DNA from: Candidatus Bathyarchaeota archaeon
GTDB lineage: Archaea; Thermoproteota; Bathyarchaeia; Bathyarchaeales; Bathycorpusculaceae
DNA: 64,000 nucleotides
Assembly: GCA_963775465.1 (NCBI GenBank)
Contig: CAVZIW010000003.1
Location: forward strand, 256,001-320,000
Direction of reading: 5' to 3'
Below are positions 52,113-60,376 of the stretch, piece after piece (position 1 is the stretch's first letter; every line of letters begins with the position of its first letter). Position numbers and translations under genes: made by a program. The notes beneath the pieces were generated by a model. The model was not told the DNA's origin. It made no database searches and saw nothing but the letters and a program-made list of their open reading frames with translations.

Positions 52113-52696
52113 TCAACGTCCTATACTCACCGTTTGACTGTCAAGAGCAAGCGTATCAAGCATTAACGTAATTGTCAATTACATTCCGACAAAGCTTGCT
52201 TTCGGTCTTCCCAACCAGTTAAAAAGCTGACCTGCGAAGTCTGTAGTTCATTAACCTGAACAACTCCAAGCTGATAAGGAGTTACATTAATAAAAAAATT
52301 GTCGATGCCGGTTGTGTTCCCTTCAAGTTTTAACGCTAAAGTTACTCCACCTATAGATGTTGTTCCCACATTCTGGTATGTCACGTTGATAACTTTGCGG
52401 TAAGGATCGCTCATTCCATTTTTTACCCAAGGTTCTATCGAAATATCAGTGAACGCCGCATTGACAATTGGGTTTTGTAGGTCGTAGATTTGAGCTTCTA
52501 GACTACCTGCTTTAGTCTGAAGACTGCCAGTCAGATTTTCGTAGTGCGCTAATTGGCTTCGCAATGCATTTACTTGCTTTCGGGCGCCGTCAATTTGATC
52601 CGCGAGAGTCAAAGCTGAAAAAGCAATGCCAATAACAACTGCTACGAGCAAACAAATTACCAATAGAAAAACCACCAACTCGGCACTTTTTCTCAT
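52113..52696 (-). CDS. Paralog of 51444-52037, frameshifted near 52178
   Basis: Same architecture; restoring one T gives ...CNLTITLMLDTLALDSQTVSIGR*. Confidence 0.75.
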
Positions 52697-52713
52697 TTTA
52701 TCCCTCGCATTAG

Positions 52714-53610
52714 CTACCCAATTTTCCTTTTTTGTGTTTTTTTGTGGTAGACCAACAAACCAGCAACCGCCAAGACCGCAGCGGCGACGAAAACAACGAC
52801 AACAAATGCAGTTGGGAACGGCTCTGGCATAGCTATGGTGAAATATACCGTTTCTGAGGACCCCGTGTTTCCTGCAGTATCAGTTGCATAAAACGTAATG
52901 TTGTGTTCACCGTTGACCAAGCCTGCTAAGGTCATGTTGCCTGTAATCGTTACGTTGTCTTGTCCATCGAGCATATAGGCGCATTTCGAAAACAACTCTT
53001 CAATTTTAAAATCAGTGGAAATAATATTCGAATCATAAGTCATGTTTTTTGGAGAGAAAACCGTGATTTTCGGCGCAATAGTGTCCACAGCAAAAAAGAC
53101 TGTAGCGCTATTGTTTGCCATTGTTAGGTCACGGTACTGAAGATAATACTCGAATGTACCTTCAAGTTTCTCGATGCTTGAGTAATGCCACACTGTTGTG
53201 TAAATTATTATAGAATGATTTCCTTCAGGAATATCGGTCAATTCTAATGACCTAAATAATTTGCTAGTAGGCTCTACAAAGGTTCTTGGATAAACAAGCT
53301 GAGCCATTAGTTCTCTTAGGAAATATCCATCAAATGAAAATATTGTTTTGTTCTCCTTTTGCCAGTCTGTCTCATAGCTTATGTTAGAAATTAGCGAATG
53401 GTCTGTAGTTTCTCCAAGCGTTATGTTGAAATCGAGTTTGACAGTTCTAGTATTGTACAGTTCATTGTTTTCTGGAGAGGAAATAGATATTTTAATTAAC
53501 GATTCGGCGTCACGCTCATATGGGGGATAAGCTTTGACGAACTGTGTTCCAGCTATTATCGTCAGTAAGATTGTTGAGATAAGGATCGTCACTATTACTG
53601 CTTTTCTCAT
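52714..53610 (-). CDS. Secreted protein with Ig-like domains and PEPFPT-TM anchor
   Basis: Signal peptide, ISSPEN..Y, GEHNITFYATDTAGN, PEPFPT-TM-YHKK. Confidence 0.85.
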   Translation of the reverse strand: MRKAVIVTILISTILLTIIAGTQFVKAYPPYERDAESLIKISISSPENNELYNTRTVKLDFNITLGETTDHSLISNISYETDWQKENKTIFSFDGYFLRELMAQLVYPRTFVEPTSKLFRSLELTDIPEGNHSIIIYTTVWHYSSIEKLEGTFEYYLQYRDLTMANNSATVFFAVDTIAPKITVFSPKNMTYDSNIISTDFKIEELFSKCAYMLDGQDNVTITGNMTLAGLVNGEHNITFYATDTAGNTGSSETVYFTIAMPEPFPTAFVVVVFVAAAVLAVAGLLVYHKKTQKRKIG

Positions 53611-53720
53611 CGTTAATATCAGCTATTATTCTCTGTTTGGGTGGTGTTAAAAGGGTTCTTGTCAAGGTTTCTGAACTAACCTCAATTTTTTTAAGTCAAG
53701 GATTGTTGGCTAACAAAAAG

Positions 53721-53891
53721 TTAGAGGATTGGGACTCATCGGAAGTCAATCTTTCCCCTCAACGCCTAAGATACTTTGCAAACAAGGCTTCTTCACTAAT
53801 CAATGTGTCAACGGTTTGTCTTTTTCCAACCTTGATTCATTCAACATCAACCATGCGGGTCAAAGAAAACATTAAAATCCTCAGCTAAACT
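53721..53891 (-). pseudogene. cas1: Degraded 3' end of a putative solo (casposase-like) Cas1
   Basis: Reads SLAEDFNVFFD/RMVDVE*IKVGKRQTVDTLISEEALFAKYLR...KD*LP/VPIL*; matches my recollection of archaeal solo-Cas1 C-termini (unverified). Confidence 0.55.
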
Positions 53892-54131
53892 TTAAGTCAC
53901 CCATAAGCACGTGATCTTCAGGAGCAAAATCTATACACAATTGATGTTTTGCATGCGGAAACTGGAAAACTCTAACTGAAATGGTAAACAATAGCGATAG
54001 GCATAGTTTTCATATTTTCTGAAGATCTGATTTGCTATATATTATAATTACGTCCTTGTAAAATTCTAAAATGGGCAATTTCCGAAACAGCTATTTAATT
54101 CGAAATTAAATGCATAAGCAAGGTGTGTCAC

Positions 54132-54206
54132 ATGGTTTTTGAAGAAGAAGATGATTGCGGTTGCGATGAAGATTGCAACTGTGAAGAATGCGAAGATGAA
54201 GAGTAA
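54132..54206 (+). CDS. 24-aa acidic Cys-rich micro-protein
   Basis: MVFEEEDDCGCDEDCNCEECEDEE*; TATTTAAT box, AGGTG SD, T8 tract downstream. Confidence 0.6.
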   Translation: MVFEEEDDCGCDEDCNCEECEDEE

Positions 54207-54254
54207 GTAAAACTCATCACCTTTTTTTTGTGCATTAAATTTAATTAAAAAACT

Positions 54255-54467
54255 CTAAGGCGTGAAAATAGTCAAGTAATTGTCGTTCATTTTACATGTC
54301 AACTCTTTTTTTCTTACGAATAATGCAATTGCGTGACGGTCATAATCGCCTCTAATCTGCAATCGATATCTGTCTGATTCGTTGCGTTCAATAAGAACTA
54401 ACTTGGGATTAACAAGTTTGTTAGCTCCTAATTCATTTAATAAAACTGTTGCCTCTTCCTCTTTCAT
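54255..54467 (-). CDS. Small hypothetical alpha/beta protein (70 aa)
   Basis: MKEEEATVLLNEL...YRLQIRG...YLTIFTP. Confidence 0.6.
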   Translation of the reverse strand: MKEEEATVLLNELGANKLVNPKLVLIERNESDRYRLQIRGDYDRHAIALFVRKKELTCKMNDNYLTIFTP

Positions 54468-54634
54468 GTGCTTTTCCCTAAGTCGACAAATGAGTCGTTC
54501 AAGATTAAGATTATGCAATTGAATCAAAAAACTAATGGATTGATTCTCGCAAATGGCAGCAAGGAATTATTTGATAACATCGATACAGCAAAAGTTAAGG
54601 TCGTGGTAATGGTGATGGTAAATAGTGACGCAAA

Positions 54635-54871
54635 ATGGAAGTAGCCATCGACAAGCAAGGACGCATAGTCATACCAAAAGAAATCAGAGATAAGTATGGC
54701 CTTTCAGACGATGATAAATTGGAATTAGTGGCCCGAGAAGATCTTATAGAACTCATTCCGTTGACAGATAAAGATGACCTAGCAATTCATTCTCTAAGAG
54801 AACCCTGCAAAACAGGCAATCCAGAAGCGAGAAAGAAGACTTTCTCAAGGGAGAAAGCTTGGAAACGATGA
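54635..54871 (+). CDS. AbrB/MazE-type antitoxin
   Basis: IDKQGRIVIPKEIRDKYGL. Confidence 0.88.
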   Translation: MEVAIDKQGRIVIPKEIRDKYGLSDDDKLELVAREDLIELIPLTDKDDLAIHSLREPCKTGNPEARKKTFSREKAWKR

Positions 54872-55070
54872 GATTAATAGATGTAGACATACTCTCTTAC
54901 GCTCTCTTTGAGAAACATGACGCTCACATATACTGTTGGTCGCTGCTGCAGAATGCAGTTAATGGAAAAACACGCGTAGCAATCTCCATTACTAGTCTAC
55001 TTGAACCTATCACGCATTAGTAGACGACTATCAGATAGAAAGAGAAGAAGCAACATACAAGCTAGTCTAC
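54868..55070 (+). pseudogene. vapC: Frameshifted, truncated PIN toxin
   Basis: ATGA overlap; MRLIDVDILSYAL...SLLE/YHALVDDYQIEREEA then lost. Confidence 0.7.
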
Positions 55071-55428
55071 TGATTGCTAATTGATTGCCTCGTTTACGAT
55101 AAATCCATATTCGAACTCCAGCAACATAACGCTTAAGCTCAAACCAATGGGATTGAAAGTACCCTAGAATTTGCAAAGGTTTAGTCTTCGATACTTTGGC
55201 ATTACACTAATCCTGCGTTTTTAGTCAGAAGAAGAAAATAAGCTCTTTCTTTTTTCTTTGTTAGTTATAGGTTTCTAAAGCGTTCAACTGTATTGCGATG
55301 GAAACTTAAAACTATGAAAAGTTATCTATACACCCAAAATGCCACTCTGGACCTCTTGAGCATAATTATCAAAGGCGCCCCAACTTTTCAAATGTTTTTA
55401 TGTGAAGCCTGCTTTATCTAGAGCGTAG

Positions 55429-55719
55429 GTGTTTTATATGGTTGAAGATTTTGAACAAGACGATTTCGACATTCTTGACCAAAAAGCCAAACAGGTTCTC
55501 AAAGTCCTATCTCAATTTGATAAAGGTCTGCTAGTGAAAGTGGACCTCTTACATAGAAAGACAGGTTTAATGCCTGAAGGTCTCAACGACGCAGTGAGAC
55601 ACCTGTCAAAATCCAAGCTCATCGACGTACTTGAAACGCCAAAAAGAATAGCGCCCTACGAGTTCTACGTCGTCGAAATAACCGATTTTGGACGAGAAGT
55701 GCTCGCAAAATTCGGATAA
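55429..55719 (+). CDS. Winged-helix protein
   Basis: LHRKTGL...LNDAVRHLSKSKLI...ITDFGRE. Confidence 0.65.
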   Translation: MFYMVEDFEQDDFDILDQKAKQVLKVLSQFDKGLLVKVDLLHRKTGLMPEGLNDAVRHLSKSKLIDVLETPKRIAPYEFYVVEITDFGREVLAKFG

Positions 55720-55939
55720 AGCCACTCAGCTTCAATTAAGCTGCTCTCAATTTTTTTAAAGTTGAAGATGTGATTTTAGTTAGCAATTTTTAGACCTGCT
55801 CAAGAGGCACCTTAAATTTTGTCAATTAACTCCATTATCTTGGCATAAGTCTCCACGTTACTCGCTATCCTGACGAAATCATGTCCTTAACAGCGATCTT
55901 GCAAGTTGTTGATGAGATTCTGCTATACTTGTGATCATC

Positions 55940-56188
55940 TGGGTAAACTACCAAGAAGGGGTCAGGCTCCATCTTCACATACGCAAACACGGCTAGCGCT
56001 ATACTCCAAAAGACGTCGGCTGGCTTCCGTTGGGGTGAGAGTAGCATCTGGCGTCATCTTTACATATCTCATAATGTTCGGACGTTTAATTCGCTGCAGA
56101 TATCCCCTCGATATGGGCGCCCCCAGTTGAGCAGTGGATAGAAGACTTGGTTGTTTAGAGGTCTCTGTTTAAGCAAACCAGTCATTTC
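55940..56188 (-). pseudogene. Terminase large subunit 3' remnant (copy 4)
   Basis: EMTGLLKQR...YPLLNWGRPYRGDICSELNV...SHPNG..DVFWSIALAVFAYVKMEPDPF, homologous to 60377-60640. Confidence 0.9.
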
Positions 56189-56225
56189 ATTTTGGTGCAA
56201 CAGGATAAATTGCTTCTAAGCCCCT

Positions 56226-57533
56226 TCAGCTAACTAGCAGAAACAGCCATGCAGGAATTACCCAAATTGTCTTATCATCCTGCTTGATTTCGTTTAGAGA
56301 TTCTTCGCTTATGAGGATTCCAATATCTGCTTTGTTTTCTTTCATAAACCTGAGGATCCCTTTTAGCTCATTTTTTCCTATTTCTTTTCTATACTTAATT
56401 TCTAATGGGATCAGCTTTTTGTTTTGTTCAAGAACCACGTCAACTTCGTTTGTTCCTCGCCGCCAATAATATCTTGCTCTGCAAGAAACTACCACCAAGT
56501 TTTCGATTACTTTGGACAATGTTTCCTTTTCTTGGAAGCTTTGAGGGTCAAGTGAGAATATGATGCCTGTTGAGAGAACATAGGTTTTTGGAAGTTTCCT
56601 GATAGAAATTGCGCCTTTCCGATAGTTTGATGTTTGATGGAGGAGCAAGGCATATTTTAGAAGTTGGAAATAGTTTGAAATTGTTCTTCTATCTCTCTTC
56701 AAATCGTTTGAAAGGCTAATGTAATTAGTAAGCATGCCAGGGTTTGCACAAACCATTTGTATTATTTTTTCAAATAGTTCAAAATCTCGCTTTTCAATCA
56801 GAAAAGCGAAATCTTTGAAGAGAACTCTATCGGTGACGCTATTTCGAATATACTCGGCAATCATTTTCTCGTTATTTTCTTCAGTTAACTCTGGAAAACC
56901 GCCCTTTCTCACATAGTCAAAGAATAGAGGCAGCAATCTTGTTTGTTTTAGGTATTCTTCTTTGAGACTTGTATAGTCAAATTCAACATGTCCAATAGGC
57001 ATGTGTTTGAGACCTAAGAATTCTTTGAAATCAAGTGGGCTAACGGATACAGAGAAGAACCGTCCGGCCAGTTTTTCTCTAACGGACCTCTCAATCAGTA
57101 ACGAAGCTGAGCCAGATACAACAAATTTGATTTTTGGGTAAAGATCGTAGAATGTTTTTAGTTTTCCTTCCCAACCTTTTGAGTATTGCACTTCGTCGAG
57201 GAAAATGTAGATTTTTTCTGTGATTGATGAGAAACCTGTCATTAAAACATTTTTTTCAAAATGCTCCAGCACCTGTCCTAAATCTTTTTTTTCTTCATCG
57301 AAGGAAAAATAGAGAATATTTCTAGGTTTAACCCCCTGCGATAGTAATTCTTGAATGATTTGGAAAATGATTGTGCTCTTTCCAACCCGCCTCAAACCTG
57401 TGATAACTATGATTTGCCTGTTCGCTATTTCGTCTAAAACCTGAAAGTAACAGGCTCGTTTGAAAGGTTTGGCTAAGTCTTCCGAGATTTTGCCTGTGGC
57501 CCAATGCTGATTAAATCTTTGCAAATGCGCCAT
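56226..57533 (-). CDS. AAA+ ATPase (AAA_14 + DUF4143 PD-(D/E)xK-like C-terminus)
   Basis: GLRRVGKST, FLDEVQ, SGSA, GGFPE, EN, EVDVV...PLEIKY. Confidence 0.9.
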   Translation of the reverse strand: MAHLQRFNQHWATGKISEDLAKPFKRACYFQVLDEIANRQIIVITGLRRVGKSTIIFQIIQELLSQGVKPRNILYFSFDEEKKDLGQVLEHFEKNVLMTGFSSITEKIYIFLDEVQYSKGWEGKLKTFYDLYPKIKFVVSGSASLLIERSVREKLAGRFFSVSVSPLDFKEFLGLKHMPIGHVEFDYTSLKEEYLKQTRLLPLFFDYVRKGGFPELTEENNEKMIAEYIRNSVTDRVLFKDFAFLIEKRDFELFEKIIQMVCANPGMLTNYISLSNDLKRDRRTISNYFQLLKYALLLHQTSNYRKGAISIRKLPKTYVLSTGIIFSLDPQSFQEKETLSKVIENLVVVSCRARYYWRRGTNEVDVVLEQNKKLIPLEIKYRKEIGKNELKGILRFMKENKADIGILISEESLNEIKQDDKTIWVIPAWLFLLVS

Positions 57534-57668
57534 ATCTGTACACTACTGTGTACTAATATTTAAGTTATAAGTACAATGCAATGTACAGAAAAGTATGTTC
57601 CAATCCAATCTTGACAGGATATTAAATTCCTAAATTGTTAAGAAAAAACTCTGATCTCAATCAAGAAC

Positions 57669-57793
57669 AAACACTGCCTAATACTCTGGTTCAACAGACG
57701 TCCGCTGGGGTCAGTTAGGGTGAGAGTGGCATATTGCGCTTCATTGCGCAGCTTATAGAGATCGACTTTTTATTCGCTACATAATTCCCCGCG
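57669..57793 (-). pseudogene. Terminase large subunit 3' remnant (copy 3, highly decayed)
   Basis: RGELCSE*KVDLYKLRNE...SHPN...DV...AVF. Confidence 0.7.
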
Positions 57794-57852
57794 TTAGGTC
57801 ATTAATGTTCCGCAATAATGTTTATCTGTGTATGTGTACACATACATATTTC

Positions 57853-58086
57853 ATGGGAACGAAAACCATTTCGATAAAAGATGAAGCATATAAAGCACTT
57901 CTCCACGAAAAAACTGACAAGGAGAGCTTTACTGACACAATCCTGCGCATAACAAAAAAGTCAGGCAAAATTGCAGATTGCTTCGGAGCCTGGGAAATGA
58001 CTGACGAAGAGGAAGCAGCCATCAAGGTTGAACTCGCCAAGGGATGGCATCTGGTTCAAGAGAGAATTTCCAATGAAGTGCCTTGA
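57853..58086 (+). CDS. vapB: VapB antitoxin (DUF217-like)
   Basis: TKTISIKDEAY..L...K...ESFTDTILR; overlaps vapC. Confidence 0.85.
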   Translation: MGTKTISIKDEAYKALLHEKTDKESFTDTILRITKKSGKIADCFGAWEMTDEEEAAIKVELAKGWHLVQERISNEVP

Positions 58087-58465
58087 CACTGATCTTCTTG
58101 TCGCTATTTTGCGTGGGAAGGAAGAGGCGAAGAGAATAGTCGCTGAGCTAGACGAGGGAGCCAAAGGCGCAACTACGTCTGTGAATGCGTTTGAACTATT
58201 CTTCGGCGCCAACAAATCAGGAAGAAAAGACGAGAATATTAAGCAAGCTTCAAAACTACTTGAGAGACTCATAATTTTTTCTTTAGATTTTGCTTCTTCA
58301 CAGAAAGCTGCCGAAATATCGGCAAAACTAGTAGCCAAAGGAGAAACAATCGATTTTAGAGACGCAATGATAGCGGCAATAGCCGTAGAGAACGGTTTAA
58401 CACTGGTTACTCGCAACAAGAGCCACTTTAAGAGAGTTAAAGGCTTACAAATAGAAGAATGGTAA
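58073..58465 (+). CDS. vapC: PIN-domain toxin VapC
   Basis: LDTD, FEL..G, DAMIAAIA, LVTRN..HF. Confidence 0.92.
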   Translation: MKCLDTDLLVAILRGKEEAKRIVAELDEGAKGATTSVNAFELFFGANKSGRKDENIKQASKLLERLIIFSLDFASSQKAAEISAKLVAKGETIDFRDAMIAAIAVENGLTLVTRNKSHFKRVKGLQIEEW

Positions 58466-58480
58466 CTGTATAGTATATGA

Positions 58481-58512
58481 GCGATTCTGGGTTCAAATCC
58501 CAGTGGTCAACA
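58481..58512 (+). mobile_element. tRNA 3'-half remnant (att-like)
   Basis: CTGGG-TTCAAAT-CCCAG perfect T-arm with no 5' tRNA half. Confidence 0.5.
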
Positions 58513-58543
58513 TTTGTACTGCCCAAATAGGCAATTTGGTCTT

Positions 58544-58911
58544 TTAGCTTCGCGGGATAACTGCTGAGAATGGTTCTGGCTCCATCTGCACGGATGCGAA
58601 CACGGCTAATGCTATGCTCCAGAAGACGTCGTCATGTGTGCCTCCAGGGTGCGAATAGCCTATGGTGCCGTCTTTGCGTAGCTCATAGCGTTCGACATTT
58701 AGTTCGCTACAGATGTCTCCTCTGCAGGGTTTTTCCCAGTTTAGTTAGGGATAGTAGAATTTGCCGCTGGTCATGCGTTGCTTTAGAAGGCTTGCCATCT
58801 CGCTTTTACGTAGCACAAAATAGTTGGCACCTTCGGAGTTCTCTGTGCCCGCACTGTTTCTATGTCAGAGATAAAGCTAGATCCCTCATGGGTAATATTA
58901 ACTCTGATGAT
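58544..58911 (-). pseudogene. Terminase large subunit 3' remnant (copy 2)
   Basis: 58549-58807 identical to 60382-60640; upstream part diverged (IRVNITHEGSSFISDIE vs IRVDFTREGPSFIAEME). Confidence 0.93.
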
Positions 58912-59032
58912 CTCTTTTTTCATAGTACCATGTGTTGCTTTCCTTGTACGAAAAGACTCCAGAATGGTTTTGTAAAAAGCTGTTGATCGCAAATTATAAA
59001 ATCTAAATCGAATAACACTTTGCTGGATTAGT

Positions 59033-59371
59033 TTGAAGAAAAGAATACCACCTGATGAGCTTAGAGCTACGTTCGATTTTCAGATGTTCTATAAGAACCT
59101 AAAAGAGAACTCTGCAACTTACAAGCAAATAACAGCTTGCTTAGATGTTCTGCGCCAAGACCTTGCTGTTGGTGAGAAAATTGAGCGAACCAAGTTTCCT
59201 GAAGTTTATCTGCGTAGATATGGAATTACTAACCTGTACAGATTAGCGGTTGGCAAAGGTAGTCGCTTATTGTATACGGTCATCGCTCAAGACTCCAAGA
59301 AAGTTATATGCGTTTTAGAGTATTTTCCAAGCCACAAGGATTATGATAAGAGATTTGGATATTCGTCTTAA
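59033..59371 (+). CDS. RelE-like toxin
   Basis: GITNLYRL...RLLYTV...LEYF.SHKDYDKRFGY. Confidence 0.7.
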   Translation: MKKRIPPDELRATFDFQMFYKNLKENSATYKQITACLDVLRQDLAVGEKIERTKFPEVYLRRYGITNLYRLAVGKGSRLLYTVIAQDSKKVICVLEYFPSHKDYDKRFGYSS

Positions 59372-59372
59372 T

Positions 59373-59630
59373 CTAAAGTTTGACGCTTGTTTGTAGTAAT
59401 TCCTGAAGCTTTGGATTGTCGGGAAAAATCCAAACTATTCTTCTGCCGTCAAAGATTATTTTGTTAGAGCTTTCAAGGTACTTTAGTATGCGGTTGAAAG
59501 TTTGGTATTGAATTTTTTTTGGGAGGATTTCCCATAATTGCTTTCTGGTAGGGTATGAACCGGACTTCTTAATAGCATTCTCAACCATAAGGATAGTATC
59601 AAGACGTGGTTCATGAAGGGTTTGTGTCAT
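59373..59630 (-). CDS. Small winged-helix protein
   Basis: PRLDTILMVE...LWEILPKKIQYQTF..IL.YLE.SNKI. Confidence 0.75.
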   Translation of the reverse strand: MTQTLHEPRLDTILMVENAIKKSGSYPTRKQLWEILPKKIQYQTFNRILKYLESSNKIIFDGRRIVWIFPDNPKLQELLQTSVKL

Positions 59631-59831
59631 TATTTTCTTACCTCTCAACATACCATATTATACAAACTTATATAACTTTTGTACCCAGTGCTTTCTAACA
59701 AATTGGATTGCACCTTCCTTTGCAGTGTATTCTTGGGATCTCTACGTCGCATACGCGTCAACTTAGAAAGCCGAACTCTCAAAGTTTGGATGAAGGGGAC
59801 AAAAATAGCATAAGAGCCACAATAATTGTTA

Positions 59832-60234
59832 TTAGGTGAGACGTAAGATCTCAAGCATCTGACCGATAGTTGCAATCTCTGCGTTCAAACTTTCTGAGTG
59901 TCAATAGGTGTTTGTCTCCGCTTACAATATAGTCTGCCTTGCCATTGAAGGTATGAGGAAAACTAAATTATCGTCAGGTCTTCCAATATGACCTTCAGGT
60001 TGCCGCTAACAGATGTCACTGTGATCTTCCTTAGTAGAAGTGAAATAAACAAATCGATTTGAGCGTTAGTTATTATAAATTTATTCCTTGATAGGATATA
60101 AGCAAGCTCAGCCACCATTTGGCTAGACAATATTACCGTATGTTTGTCTAGCAATCTTTGAACGAGCTCTAAGGGGTTTCCTTTTTTAATTAGCGCTGGG
60201 GCACTAAGACGTTAGTGTCAATAAGTAGAGTCAT
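59832..60234 (-). pseudogene. PIN-domain toxin (MJ1680/PIN_3-like), frameshifted
   Basis: LIDTNVLV...SSQMVAEL...ED/DDN...KADYIVSGDKHLL across frames. Confidence 0.75.
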
Positions 60235-60235
60235 T

Positions 60236-60372
60236 CTATTCGCCTTTTCGGCCTCGCTTCTCAAGCCTGTAGCTCTGAATTTCTTTTAGGAGCTCCTTTT
60301 CAGAAATTTTCCCTTTTTGTTGTTTCCTGACTTCACTAGCCAGCTTTTCTAATTCTTCCCCAAAAGAAGGAA
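60236..60372 (-). pseudogene. 3' remnant of the cognate antitoxin
   Basis: ...ISEKELLKEIQSYRLEKRGRKGE* directly before the PIN start; 5' part replaced by the terL end. Confidence 0.45.
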
Positions 60373-60376
60373 AACT

